Origin: Nevskiaceae bacterium
GTDB taxonomy: Bacteria; Pseudomonadota; Gammaproteobacteria; Nevskiales; Nevskiaceae
Direction: 5' to 3'
Length of the DNA stretch: 64,000 nucleotides
Assembly (NCBI GenBank): GCA_036275365.1
Contig: DASUDX010000083.1
Span: 18,390-82,389 of the forward strand
Shown here: one piece after another, positions 29,017 to 40,383 of the stretch
Position numbering within the stretch: position 1 is the stretch's first letter
Layout of the letters: the number at the start of each line of letters is the position of its first letter
The notes under the pieces: model-generated
Seen by the model: only the letters and a program-made list of their open reading frames with translations
Databases searched by the model: none
What the model was told of the DNA's origin: nothing
Translations under genes and position numbers: made by a program

Positions 29017-32000
29017 ATGCCGACTACGCGACCCGAGCGGTCCTGGCTCCTGCCCCTGCTGGTGGGCGGCAGCCTGCTGCTGGCGATCGCGGTGTACGCG
29101 CTGATCCGCGCCCACAACGCCCGCGATGCCGAGGCGCAGCTGGCGATCGCAGCCGATCGCCAGGCCCAGGCCGTTCAGCAGGCGTTCTGGCGCTTCCAGT
29201 ACGGCCTGCGCGGTCTGCGCGGGGCGATCCTGGCGAGCGGGGGCGATGCGGTGCGCTACCCGGCGCTGAAGGCCTATGCCGACAGCCGCGATCTGGCGGT
29301 CGAGTTCCCGGGTGCGCGCGGCTTTGGCTTCATCCGCCGGGTGCCGCGTGAGCAGCTCGCCGCCTACCAGCTCGACCAGCGCCGCGAGCGGCCGGGCTTC
29401 ACCGTGCATCAGCTGCTGGCGCATGGCTTCGAGTCGATGGTCATCGAGGTGCTGGAGCCGCTGGCCGGCAACCAGGAGGCGATCGGCCTCGACATCGCCA
29501 GCGAGACCCACCGGCGCGAGGCCGCGCTCGCCGCCCTGCGCCGTGGCGAGCCGACCCTGAGCGCGCCGATCACGCTGGTGCAGTTCACCGGACTGCCGCG
29601 CCGCGGCCTGCTGCTGCTGATGCCGATCCAGCGCAGCGGCTGGCCGGTGGCCAGCGAGGCCGAGCGGGCGGCCGCCACCCTCGGTTTCAGTTATGCACCT
29701 CTGCTGGTCGACGACATCCTCGGCGGGCTGGGGCTGGATCAGGCCTTTCTGCAGCTGACGCTGCGCGACCTCACCGAGGACCGCTCGGCGCCCCCGTTCT
29801 ACCAGGGCGCCGGCGGGGCGCAGCGCCTGCCCGGCCTGTGGCAGCAGCGCCGGCTGGACCTCTACGGCCGCCACTGGCAGCTGGAGATCGCCGCTCTGCC
29901 CGGCTATGTGCAGACGCTGCGCCAGCCGCCGGCCCTGGGCCTCGCGTTGGGAACGCTGGCGGCCGGCCTGCTGCTGGCCCTGATGCTGCGGCTGCGTCAG
30001 CAGGGGCAGGCCCGCGAGCAGCTGCTGCAGGCCCAGCGCCTGCGGCTGGCCACCCTCGTCAGCGGCAGCGATGCAGCCATCATCGGCAAGGACCGCAGCG
30101 GCCGCATCACCAGCTGGAACCGCGCCGCCGAGCGCCTGTTCGGCTACCCCGCCAGCGCCGCCGAAGGACGGCTGATCCAGGACCTGATCCTGCCGGCCGA
30201 GCGCCACCAGGAGGAGGCCGAGCTGCTGGACCGCGCCTTTGCCGGGGAGACCCTGGAGCGGGTCAACACCCAGCGCCGCCACCGGGATGGCAGCACGGTG
30301 GACATCGAGCTGACCCTGGTGCCGATCCGCGATGGGCAGGGCGAGGTGGACAGCGTCGCCGGCATCGCCCGCGACATCACCGCGCCACGCCGTGCCGAGT
30401 CGGTGTTTGCCGAGCTGCTGGCACTGACCCGCAACACGGTCGGCGAGCCCTTCCTGCTGCAGGCCGCCGAGGCCCTGAGCCGGGTCATGGGCGCCGAGCT
30501 GGTGCTGATCGCCCGCGCCAGCGACCGCCCGGTCACCCGGGTGGAGGTGCTGGCGGCCTGGGAGCATGGGGCGGCGCGGCCGCCCTGGTCCTTTGATCTG
30601 GCCGGCACGCCCTGTGCGCTGGTCTACCAGGCCGACCCGCTGCCGCCGGACCAGGGCCGGCGGATGGAGGAGGTGACGCTGGTCAGCCGCGATCTCCAGC
30701 GCTGCTTCAGCGCCGCGGCCGGAGGACCTTTCCACAGCTTTCTCGGCTTTCCCCTGCACGACGATCACGGCGAGCTGACCGGCCATGTGGCGGCCCTGTT
30801 CACCGAGCCGCTCAGCCAGACCCGTGGCGAGCAGCTGGTGGCCGCCGGCCGCCTGTTTGCCCAGCGCGTGGAAGCCGAGCTGAAGCGGCTGGCGGTGGAA
30901 CGCCAGCGCGATGACATGGTCGGCGAGCTGCACAAGCTCAACAGCCGGCTGGAGCTGACGGTGGCCGAACGCACCCGCGAGATGCGCCGTCTCTACGCCC
31001 TGCAGCAGGAGATCCTGTCCCAGGCCGGCTTCGCCATCATCGCCACCGATCCCCAGGGTCTGATCAGCGTGTTCAATCCGGCCGCCGAGCGGCTGCTGGG
31101 CTACCCGGCCGCCGAGATGGTCGGGCGCGCGACCCCGGCGGTCTTCCATCTCGATGCCGAGGTCGTGGCCCAGGCCGCCCGGCTGAGCGAGACCCTCGGC
31201 GAGCCGGTGGCGGCCGGCTTCGAGGCCTTCGTGGCCCTGGCCCGCCGCGGGCAGACCGATACCCGCGAATGGACCTATCGCCGCCGCGATGGCCGCGAGG
31301 TGCCGGTGCTGCTCAGCGTCTCCGCCCTGCGCGGCGAGGACGGCACGCTCGAAGGCTTCCTCGGCATGGCCGTGGATCTGTCGGAACGGCGCCGCCTCGA
31401 ATCCGAGCTGAAGCTGGCCCAGGTGTCGATCGATGCCTCGCCCGATGCCATGTACTGGATGAATCCCAGTGGCCGCATCGTGCGGGTCAACCAGGCCGCC
31501 TGCGACATGCTCGGCTACAGCCGCGAGGAGCTGACCCAGCGCAGCGTGCCGGACATCGCACCGACCTTTCCGCCCAGCGCCTGGCAGGCGCACTGGGAGG
31601 GCTTCCGTCACCAGAGCCAGCAGCGGCTGGAATCCCAGCACCGGCACAAGAATGGCCACGACATCGATATCGCGGTGAGCAGCAACTATGTGCGCGATGG
31701 CGAGCGCGAGTATGTCTATGCGGTGGTCAAGGACATCGGCGAGATCAAGGCGGCGCAGCGCCTGGCCGAGGCCGCCAGCGCGGCGAAGTCGAGCTTTCTC
31801 GCCAATCTCAGCCACGAGATCCGCACCCCGCTCAACGCCATCCTCGGACTCAGCCGGCTGCTCGAGCAGAGCGGCCTGAACCTGCGCCAGCACGATTATG
31901 TGCAGACGCTGGACTCCGCCGCGCGCACCCTGCTCGCCCTGCTCAACGACATCCTCGATTTCTCCAAGATCGAGGCCGGCAAGCTCAGCCTGGAGAGCGG

Positions 32001-33501
32001 ACCGTTCTCCCTGCAGGCCCTGCTCGACGAGATCCTGCCCCTGCTGCAGCAGACCGCCGCGTCCAAGCCGGTGGAGCTGGTGGTGGACCTCGACCCCCGG
32101 CTCGGCGACCGGCTGGTGGGCGATGCCCTGCGCCTCAAGCAGGTGCTGCTGAATCTGCTCGGCAATGCGCTGAAGTTCACCGAGCGCGGTTCGGTGGTGC
32201 TGGAGATCCGCACCGCCGAGACCGCCGGCAGCGTGCAGGTACAGGTGCGCGATACCGGCATCGGTATCCCCGAGGCCCAGCAGGCGCAGCTGTTCGCCGG
32301 CTTCCACCAGGCCGAGGCCTCCACCGCCCGGCGCTTCGGCGGCACTGGTCTGGGGCTGGCGATCAGCCAGCGCATCGTCGGTCTGATGGGCGGGCGGATC
32401 GAGGTGCGCTCGGCCAGCGGCGCCGGCAGCTGCTTCTATTTCAGTCTGCCGCTGCAGGCCGAGCCGGCGGTGCTGACGGCCAGTGGCACGGGCCGCCGCC
32501 TGTGGCTCGCCGAGCCGGAGGCGAGCGCCGATGCGGTGCTGCGCCGCCAGGCCCAGGCACGCGGCTGGCAGGTGGCGGCCGAGCGCAGCCCGGCGGCGAT
32601 CCTCGAACAGGTGCAGAGCGGGGACCGCGTGCTGCTGGCCTGGCCGCAGCCGGGCTGCGAGACCGCGACGGCCTTGAATACGCTGGCCGAGACCCTCTAC
32701 GCCGCCGGCGCGGAACTGAAGGTGATGCTGACGGTGACCGCCCGCGAGGCCCTGCTGGCGTTCAGCCCCTCGCGCCACCCACCCGGCCTGCTGCTCAAGC
32801 CGCTGCTGCCCGAGCGCGCGGTGGGGGACAGCCCCCCGACGGTGGCGCTGCCGGTCAGCCCGGCGCAGCGCCGGCTGCTGGGCCTGCGCCTGCTGGTGGT
32901 GGAAGACCATCCGGTCAACCAGCAGGTGGCGCTGGAACTGCTGCAGGACGAGGGCGCGACCGTCACCGTGGTGGCCAGCGGGGCCGAGGCCCTGGCGCTG
33001 CTGCGACCGGGCCCGACGCCGCCGGCCTTTGACCTGGTGCTGATGGATCTGCACATGCCGGGCATGGACGGGCTGGCCACCACCCGCGCCCTGCGCGGGC
33101 AGCTCGGCTGCACCCTGCCGATCATCGCCATGACCGCGGATACCCGCGCCGACCAGCGCGAAGCCTGCCTGGCCGCGGGCATGAACGACCACATCGGCAA
33201 GCCCTTCAACCTCGACGGGCTGTGCCGGGCCATCCTCGCCCAGCTCAGCGGCGCCGGCGAGCTGGACCCGGAGGATGTCCACCGTCGTCTCGAGCAGCTG
33301 ATGCCCCTGCTGCTCAGCGGCAGCGGCGAGGCACTGGAGCGGATCGGGCAATGGCGGGAGCGGGTCGGCAGCGCCTGCCCGGACCCGCTGCGGGCCCTGC
33401 ATGGGGCCATCCACCAGCTCGACTATCCGCTGGCCCTGCGGCTGAGCCAGGAATGGTTGCAGCGGCTGCGGCTGCCATTGCTGCAGGGAGAGGCCGCATG
33501 A
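29017..33501 (+). CDS. Hybrid sensor histidine kinase: TM-CHASE-TM, PAS, GAF-like, 2 PAS, HisKA/HATPase, degenerate receiver-like spacer, REC, short HPt-like tail
   Basis: 1494 aa. N-terminal TM helix (WLLPLLVGGSLLLAIAVYALI) followed by a CHASE-like periplasmic region (LAGNQEAIGLDIASETHRREAALAALRRGEPTLSAPITLVQ). H-box LSHEIRTPLNAILG, N-box LLNLLGNALKFT, G1 VRDTGIGIP, G2 GGTGLGLAIS. Receiver LVLMDLHMPGMDG...IIAMTA...GKP. Confidence 0.9.
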   Translation: MPTTRPERSWLLPLLVGGSLLLAIAVYALIRAHNARDAEAQLAIAADRQAQAVQQAFWRFQYGLRGLRGAILASGGDAVRYPALKAYADSRDLAVEFPGARGFGFIRRVPREQLAAYQLDQRRERPGFTVHQLLAHGFESMVIEVLEPLAGNQEAIGLDIASETHRREAALAALRRGEPTLSAPITLVQFTGLPRRGLLLLMPIQRSGWPVASEAERAAATLGFSYAPLLVDDILGGLGLDQAFLQLTLRDLTEDRSAPPFYQGAGGAQRLPGLWQQRRLDLYGRHWQLEIAALPGYVQTLRQPPALGLALGTLAAGLLLALMLRLRQQGQAREQLLQAQRLRLATLVSGSDAAIIGKDRSGRITSWNRAAERLFGYPASAAEGRLIQDLILPAERHQEEAELLDRAFAGETLERVNTQRRHRDGSTVDIELTLVPIRDGQGEVDSVAGIARDITAPRRAESVFAELLALTRNTVGEPFLLQAAEALSRVMGAELVLIARASDRPVTRVEVLAAWEHGAARPPWSFDLAGTPCALVYQADPLPPDQGRRMEEVTLVSRDLQRCFSAAAGGPFHSFLGFPLHDDHGELTGHVAALFTEPLSQTRGEQLVAAGRLFAQRVEAELKRLAVERQRDDMVGELHKLNSRLELTVAERTREMRRLYALQQEILSQAGFAIIATDPQGLISVFNPAAERLLGYPAAEMVGRATPAVFHLDAEVVAQAARLSETLGEPVAAGFEAFVALARRGQTDTREWTYRRRDGREVPVLLSVSALRGEDGTLEGFLGMAVDLSERRRLESELKLAQVSIDASPDAMYWMNPSGRIVRVNQAACDMLGYSREELTQRSVPDIAPTFPPSAWQAHWEGFRHQSQQRLESQHRHKNGHDIDIAVSSNYVRDGEREYVYAVVKDIGEIKAAQRLAEAASAAKSSFLANLSHEIRTPLNAILGLSRLLEQSGLNLRQHDYVQTLDSAARTLLALLNDILDFSKIEAGKLSLESGPFSLQALLDEILPLLQQTAASKPVELVVDLDPRLGDRLVGDALRLKQVLLNLLGNALKFTERGSVVLEIRTAETAGSVQVQVRDTGIGIPEAQQAQLFAGFHQAEASTARRFGGTGLGLAISQRIVGLMGGRIEVRSASGAGSCFYFSLPLQAEPAVLTASGTGRRLWLAEPEASADAVLRRQAQARGWQVAAERSPAAILEQVQSGDRVLLAWPQPGCETATALNTLAETLYAAGAELKVMLTVTAREALLAFSPSRHPPGLLLKPLLPERAVGDSPPTVALPVSPAQRRLLGLRLLVVEDHPVNQQVALELLQDEGATVTVVASGAEALALLRPGPTPPAFDLVLMDLHMPGMDGLATTRALRGQLGCTLPIIAMTADTRADQREACLAAGMNDHIGKPFNLDGLCRAILAQLSGAGELDPEDVHRRLEQLMPLLLSGSGEALERIGQWRERVGSACPDPLRALHGAIHQLDYPLALRLSQEWLQRLRLPLLQGEAA

Positions 33502-34424
33502 GCCTGCCCGAGCTGCTGCCCTGCCCGCTGGACGACAGCGCGCCACGGCCGCTGGTGCTGGTGGTGGACGATCACCCGGCCAATGTGCGGCTGGTGATCG
33601 AAGCCCTGCAGCCGGAGATGGAGGTGGTGTTCGCCCTCAACGGCGAGCGCGCGCTCGAACGGCTGCAGCAGCCGCCGCCACCGGAGGTGCTGCTGCTGGA
33701 TCTGCACATGCCCGGGATGGATGGCCACGAACTGTGCCGGCGCATCAAGGCCGACGAGCGCCTGCGCGAGATTCCGCTGATCTTCCTGACCGGAGACCAG
33801 CGCGAGGACGCCGAGCAGGCCGGGCTCGATCTGGGCGCGGTGGATTATCTGAACAAGCCGATCTCGGCGCCGATTCTCAAGGCGCGGGTACGCACCCATG
33901 TGCGGCTGCACCGGCAGAACCTGCTGCTCAACCGCCTGGCCCATCACGATGCCCTGACCGGGGTGGCCAATCGCGGCAGCTTCGACCGCGCGCTGCAGCG
34001 CTGCGTGGCCCAGGCCCGTCGCGACACCCTGCCGCTGGGCCTGCTGTTCCTCGATCTGGATCATTTCAAGCAGCGCAACGACCACTACGGCCACGCCGCC
34101 GGGGACGAGGCGCTGCGCCTGATCGGCGCCTATCTGCTGAGCCAGGTGCGGCGCCCCAGCGATGTGGTGGCCCGCTATGGCGGCGAGGAGTTTGTCTGCA
34201 TCCTGCCGGACACCACGCCGGCCCACGCCCGGCAGATGGCCGAGCTGCTGCGGCGCGGGGTGGCGGCGCTGCCGCTGTCCAGCGAGCCGCTGACGGTGAG
34301 CATAGGCGGGGCCATGCTGGAACCGGAGCAGGACAATCCGGCGACGGCGCTGCTGGCGGCTGCCGATGCCGCCCTCTACCGGGCCAAGCAGGAGGGTCGC
34401 AACCGGGTCTGCTGGGCGGAATAG
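33498..34424 (+). CDS. Response regulator-diguanylate cyclase (REC-GGDEF)
   Basis: ATG 33498 overlaps the kinase TGA. Receiver LVLVVDDHPANV...LLLDLHMPGMDG...NKP. GGDEF domain with active site RYGGEEFV and I-site RPSD five residues upstream. Confidence 0.9.
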   Translation: MSLPELLPCPLDDSAPRPLVLVVDDHPANVRLVIEALQPEMEVVFALNGERALERLQQPPPPEVLLLDLHMPGMDGHELCRRIKADERLREIPLIFLTGDQREDAEQAGLDLGAVDYLNKPISAPILKARVRTHVRLHRQNLLLNRLAHHDALTGVANRGSFDRALQRCVAQARRDTLPLGLLFLDLDHFKQRNDHYGHAAGDEALRLIGAYLLSQVRRPSDVVARYGGEEFVCILPDTTPAHARQMAELLRRGVAALPLSSEPLTVSIGGAMLEPEQDNPATALLAAADAALYRAKQEGRNRVCWAE

Positions 34425-34515
34425 CCCGCTCGCCTTGTCACGGCCGGGCGCGTACACTCCGCGACCCCCTGACCACCGGCCACTAGGGGCAGCTCGCGCT
34501 GCGCCTTGGATTTAC

Positions 34516-36351
<1,836 letters not shown>

Positions 36352-36396
36352 GCCGCCCCCGCGCTGCGCTGCAGCAGCCGGGGCCTGTGCTAGCGT

Positions 36397-36419
36397 GGCT
36401 TCACCCTCGCGGTGAAGCC
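36397..36419 (+). terminator. Hairpin downstream of typA (weak intrinsic terminator candidate)
   Basis: GGCTTCACC (36397-36405), loop CTCGC, GGTGAAGCC (36411-36419), 46 nt after the typA stop. Only a poor T-tract (CCGTCTTG) follows. Confidence 0.3.
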
Positions 36420-36481
36420 CCGTCTTGACCTCCTCCGCCGACCGTTCCGACGCCAGTCCGCTGATCCGCTCGGTGCGCCGC

Positions 36482-37954
36482 ATGCGCGCCCTGGCGCGAC
36501 GGCTGGCGCATCTGCTCGGTCTGCTGCCGGCCGCCTTCCTCGGCACCTGCTCGCCCCCGCCGGATCGGCTCGAACAGGCCCAGCGGCTGGGCGTGCTGCG
36601 GGTGGCCACGGTCAACAGTCCCACCACCTACTACCTCGACGCCGACGGTCCGGCCGGCTTCGACTACGAGCTGGCGGCGGGGCTGGCGCAGTCGCTGGGC
36701 CTGCGGCTGGAGATCGTGGTGGCGCAGACCCCGCCGGAGGCCCTGGAACAGCTGGAGCGCGGCGCCGCCCATCTGGCGGCCGGCGCCCTGGTGGTGACCC
36801 CGGCCCGCGAACGGCGTTTCCAGTTCACCCAGCCGCTGATGGAGGTCCGCCCGGTGCTGGTGGTGCGCGCCGGCAGCGGCGAGACCCCGCGCTCGCCTGC
36901 CGATCTGGTGGCCCGCCCGGGCTCGCTGCGGGTGGTGCGCGGCAGTTCCCAGGCCGAGCGTCTGGCCGAGCTGCGTGCCTCCTTCCCGGCGCTGAGCTGG
37001 GAGGAAACGGCGGACGAGGAGGCCGAGGATCTGCTGCGCGAGGTGGCCGAAGGCCGGCTCGACCGCACCGCGGTCACCTCCGATCTGTTCGGCATCCATC
37101 AGCGCTACTACCCCAGCCTGCGCATCGCCTTTGATCTCGGCCCGCCGCAGCCGGTGGCCTGGGCCCTGCCGCAGGAGGGCAGCGAGCGGCTGCGCGCGGC
37201 GGTCCAGGACCATCTGCGCCGCCTCGGTGACACCGAGCTGGCGCGCCTGCGCGACCGCTACTTCGGCCATATCGAGCCGGTGGATTACCAGGAGGCGGTG
37301 GCGCTGGCCGCCCACGCCGAGAGCCGGCTGCCGCGCTACCGCGCCTGGTTTGAGAAGGCCGCCGCCGAGCAGGGGCTGGACTGGCGGCTGCTGGCCGCCA
37401 TCGGCTACCAGGAATCGCACTGGAACCCGGCGGCGGTGAGCGTCACCGGCGTCCGCGGGCTGATGCAGCTGACCCAGGCCACCGCCACCTTTCTGGGCGT
37501 GGCGGATCGAGAGGACCCGGCCCAGGCCATCGAGGGGGCGGCGCGCTATCTGCGCCGGCTGATCGATCAGATGCCGCCGGAGGTGCCGGAGCCGGATCGC
37601 ACCTGGATGGCGCTGGCGGCCTGGAACATGGGCCTCGGACATCTGCTCGATGCGCGCCGGCTCACCGAGCAGCGCGGCGGCGATCCCAACCGCTGGCTGG
37701 ATGTGCGCAATGTGCTGCCGCTGCTCAGCCAGCGCCGCTGGTACAGCCAGACCCGCCACGGCTATGCGCGCGGCTTCGAGGCCAAGGCCTTCGTCGGCCA
37801 TGTGCGCAGCTACTACGACATGCTGGTGTGGATCACCGCCAGCCCCGCCGCACTGGGCGAGGCGCGCCCGCTCGAAACCCCGGCCGCGCCCGCGCCGGTG
37901 ACCCCCAAGACCCCGCCGCAGGATCCGCTGAAGATCACCACGCCGCTGCTCTGA
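36482..37954 (+). CDS. mltF: Membrane-bound lytic murein transglycosylase F
   Basis: N-terminal solute-binding-like domain (LGVLRVATVNSPTTYYLDADGPAGFDYEL) plus an SLT domain with the catalytic block AIGYQESHWNP and GLMQLT. ATG 36482 is preferred over the track's TTG at 36425, but the start is uncertain. Confidence 0.85.
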   Translation: MRALARRLAHLLGLLPAAFLGTCSPPPDRLEQAQRLGVLRVATVNSPTTYYLDADGPAGFDYELAAGLAQSLGLRLEIVVAQTPPEALEQLERGAAHLAAGALVVTPARERRFQFTQPLMEVRPVLVVRAGSGETPRSPADLVARPGSLRVVRGSSQAERLAELRASFPALSWEETADEEAEDLLREVAEGRLDRTAVTSDLFGIHQRYYPSLRIAFDLGPPQPVAWALPQEGSERLRAAVQDHLRRLGDTELARLRDRYFGHIEPVDYQEAVALAAHAESRLPRYRAWFEKAAAEQGLDWRLLAAIGYQESHWNPAAVSVTGVRGLMQLTQATATFLGVADREDPAQAIEGAARYLRRLIDQMPPEVPEPDRTWMALAAWNMGLGHLLDARRLTEQRGGDPNRWLDVRNVLPLLSQRRWYSQTRHGYARGFEAKAFVGHVRSYYDMLVWITASPAALGEARPLETPAAPAPVTPKTPPQDPLKITTPLL

Positions 37955-37959
37955 ACCGC

Positions 37960-38343
37960 TCAGCCACCCGGCGGGCGGTCCGGCAGGCGCAGCCGCTCGA
38001 CCACCCGGCCGTGGATCAGGTGCTCGTCGATGATCTCGTCGATGTCCTCTTCGTCCACATAGGTGTACCAGACCGCCTGCGGGTAGATGACCACGCAGGG
38101 GCCTTCCTCGCAGCGCTCCAGACAGCCGGCCTGGTTGACGCGGGTCTGCCCCGGGGCGGCCAGGCCGAGCGCCTTGATGCGCTTCTTGGCGTGGTCGCGC
38201 ACGCGGCTGGCACCCTTGTCGTTGCAGCAGGTGCGCTCGCCCGGCGGACGCTGGTTGCAGCAGAAGAACAGGTGGTGGCGGTAGTAGCTGGCGCCGGCGC
38301 CGTCGCTGCCCGGCGCGTCGGTGGGGCTGGGGTCGGTGCTCAT
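37960..38343 (-). CDS. Thioredoxin-like [2Fe-2S] ferredoxin
   Basis: 127 aa with cysteine pattern FFCCNQRPPGERTCCNDKG and GCLERCEEGPCVVIYP, typical of the Trx-like 2Fe-2S ferredoxin family. It lies 10 nt downstream of the DUF481 gene on the same strand. Confidence 0.8.
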   Translation of the reverse strand: MSTDPSPTDAPGSDGAGASYYRHHLFFCCNQRPPGERTCCNDKGASRVRDHAKKRIKALGLAAPGQTRVNQAGCLERCEEGPCVVIYPQAVWYTYVDEEDIDEIIDEHLIHGRVVERLRLPDRPPGG

Positions 38344-38353
38344 GCGCGGGTGC

Positions 38354-39061
38354 TCAGGGGGTCTGCCCGAAGGTGTAGGAGAGGGTCAGGGCCGTGAAGG
38401 TGTCGGTGGATTTCACCGCCGGGGCGACCTCCGAGTTGTGGCGCACGGTGACCGCCGCACTCAGGAACAGATTGCCCACCACCGACAGCTTGAGCTCGCT
38501 GACCGACTCGCTGAAGGTGTTGCTGGCGCCGGACTCGGTCTTGAGCTGCTGCTGGAAGCTGCTGGTGGGCGAGAGCGTCCACTTCCAGCGTCCGGCGGCG
38601 CGGGCGATGACATCGTCCTCCCGTGCCCGGGTCTGCTGGGCCTCGGTCTGGCGGGCACCGGCGCCGATCTCGGCCTCCAGCTCGTGCACCGGCCCGGTGA
38701 GGAAGCGATGGCCGTAGCCGACCGTCTGCGAGGTGCGCTGGCGCAGGCCACCGAACAGATCGCGCTCGAACTCGACGGCGAGGAAGGCGTAGCGGCGCTC
38801 GTCGAAATCCCGGTCGAGCTGATTGCCGAGCAGATAGCGCTCGCTGGTGGTCTGGCCGGAATCGGCCGCGTTCATCGCCTGCGCCAGAAAAGCGTTGTGC
38901 CAGCCCGCGCCGCTCCAGTCGAGCGCCAGCTTGGCATTGGCCGAGCGGGTTTCGCTGTTGCCGCTGCTGGTGAGCAGGCCCAGGCCCGCCTCGCCGCTCC
39001 AGCTGCCCGCCGAGGCCAGCGCGGGCGTCACCATCAGGAGGATGCCGATTGTCCTTCTCAC
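38354..39061 (-). CDS. DUF481 family outer-membrane beta-barrel protein (YdiY-like)
   Basis: Start set at GTG 39061 (V/MRRTIGILLMVTPALASA signal peptide, GGAG 5 nt upstream). The alternating beta-strand pattern ends in ALTLSYTFGQTP. The EAGLGLLTSSGNSETRSANAKL block is typical of DUF481. Confidence 0.8.
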   Translation of the reverse strand: MRRTIGILLMVTPALASAGSWSGEAGLGLLTSSGNSETRSANAKLALDWSGAGWHNAFLAQAMNAADSGQTTSERYLLGNQLDRDFDERRYAFLAVEFERDLFGGLRQRTSQTVGYGHRFLTGPVHELEAEIGAGARQTEAQQTRAREDDVIARAAGRWKWTLSPTSSFQQQLKTESGASNTFSESVSELKLSVVGNLFLSAAVTVRHNSEVAPAVKSTDTFTALTLSYTFGQTP

Positions 39062-39111
39062 ACCATGCTCCGCTGCAGGGCCGCCGGGCCCGGGCCCGTA
39101 TGATAAGAGCC

Positions 39112-40383
39112 ATGCCCGCCGACCCGGCCTCCTCGCTCGCCGCCCTGCGGACCCGGCTGCTCTCAGGCACCGACCAGTGCGTGAAATGCGGGCTGTGTCT
39201 GCCGCACTGCCCGACCTATGCCCTGCAGGGCGAGGAGGGCGCCTCGCCACGCGGCCGGCTGGCGCTGATCCAGGGGCTGGCCCAGGGCCGCCTCGACGCC
39301 GGCCCCGGGGTCGCCGCGCATCTGGATGGCTGCCTGTCCTGCCGGGCCTGCGAGCCGGTCTGCCCGGCCCAGGTGCGCTACGGCGAGATGCTCGATGGCG
39401 GCCGCCAGTGGCTGGCCCTGCAGCAGCCGCGGCGGCTGGGTGCGCTGCGCTGGTTCTCGCCGCTGCTCACCGCCCGCGCCGGCCGCGCGCTGTTGCGCAC
39501 GCTGCTCGCGCTCTACCACCGCAGCGGCCTGCAGACGCTGGTCCGGCGCAGCCGGGTCCTCGGGCACACCCGCCTGGCGCGGCTCGAGGCCCTGCTGCCC
39601 GCGCGCCGCGCCGTCGCCCCGGTGGCCGCAGACCCTGGCGCCGGACCGGCGGTGGCGCAGCTGCACATCGGCTGCCTGGGCCAGGTGCTGGATCAGGCCG
39701 CGGTGGCGGATCTGCAGGCCGTGTTCGCCGCGGCCGGCCAGCCGCTGGCGGTACCGGCCGGACAGGGCTGCTGCGGCGCCCTGCACCAGCACGCGGGAGA
39801 TGCGGCGCAGGCGCGGCGGCTCGCCCGGATCCAGCGCGCGGTGTTTGATCCGGCCCTGCCGGTGCTGGCCCTGGCCAGCGGCTGTGGCGCCGGCCTTCAG
39901 GATGGCTGGCGCGCCCTGGGCGAGCCGGCGCCAGCGGTTCACGACCCCTTCGACTGGCTGGCGCCGCGGGCCGGCGCGCTGGCCTTTGCGCCGACCCCGC
40001 TGACGGTCTGGGTGCATCGGCCCTGTACCCAGCGCCATGTGCTGCGCAGCCGCGGCGAGGGTCTGCTCGGTCTGCTCGGCCGGGTGCCGGGGCTGCGCGT
40101 GCGCGAGCTGCCGGACCGCGGCTGCTGCGGTGCGGCCGGTCTGCACATGGTGCAGCGGCCGGCGGCGGCGGATGCCCTGCTGGCGCCGCTGCTGGACGCG
40201 CTCGAGGCAGCGGGGCCGGAGGATGTGGTGCTGAGCGGCAATATCGGCTGCGCCCTGCACCTGGGCGGGGGCCTGCGCCGGCTCAGGACGGCGGCGCGAC
40301 CGCCGCCGCCGGTGCTGCATCCGGCGCGCTTTCTGCGCCGCTGTCTGCCGGCGGCATCGCCCGCAGCGCGGTCTCCAGTCTGA
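39112..40383 (+). CDS. GlcF-like (Fe-S)-binding oxidoreductase subunit with CCG domains
   Basis: Two 4Fe-4S motifs (CVKCGLCLPHCP, CLSCRACEPVCP) and two CCG-type motifs (GQGCCGA, DRGCCGAAG). The start is ambiguous (ATG 39100 or 39112; track TTG 39049). No glcD/glcE-like neighbours. Confidence 0.75.
   Translation: MPADPASSLAALRTRLLSGTDQCVKCGLCLPHCPTYALQGEEGASPRGRLALIQGLAQGRLDAGPGVAAHLDGCLSCRACEPVCPAQVRYGEMLDGGRQWLALQQPRRLGALRWFSPLLTARAGRALLRTLLALYHRSGLQTLVRRSRVLGHTRLARLEALLPARRAVAPVAADPGAGPAVAQLHIGCLGQVLDQAAVADLQAVFAAAGQPLAVPAGQGCCGALHQHAGDAAQARRLARIQRAVFDPALPVLALASGCGAGLQDGWRALGEPAPAVHDPFDWLAPRAGALAFAPTPLTVWVHRPCTQRHVLRSRGEGLLGLLGRVPGLRVRELPDRGCCGAAGLHMVQRPAAADALLAPLLDALEAAGPEDVVLSGNIGCALHLGGGLRRLRTAARPPPPVLHPARFLRRCLPAASPAARSPV

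Noticed and set aside
28630-33546. 1638-aa stop-free minus-strand ORF, the longest in the window
   Set aside because: It is exactly antisense to the hybrid histidine kinase, which has H, N, G1, G2 and receiver motifs. No motifs appear in the antisense frame. High-GC artefact.
40283-40383. 101-bp convergent overlap of the GlcF-like and lptE coding regions
   Set aside because: Both C-termini are low-complexity Ala/Pro/Arg tails in GC-rich DNA where stops are rare. The overlap is most likely incidental ORF run-on rather than a functional antisense arrangement.
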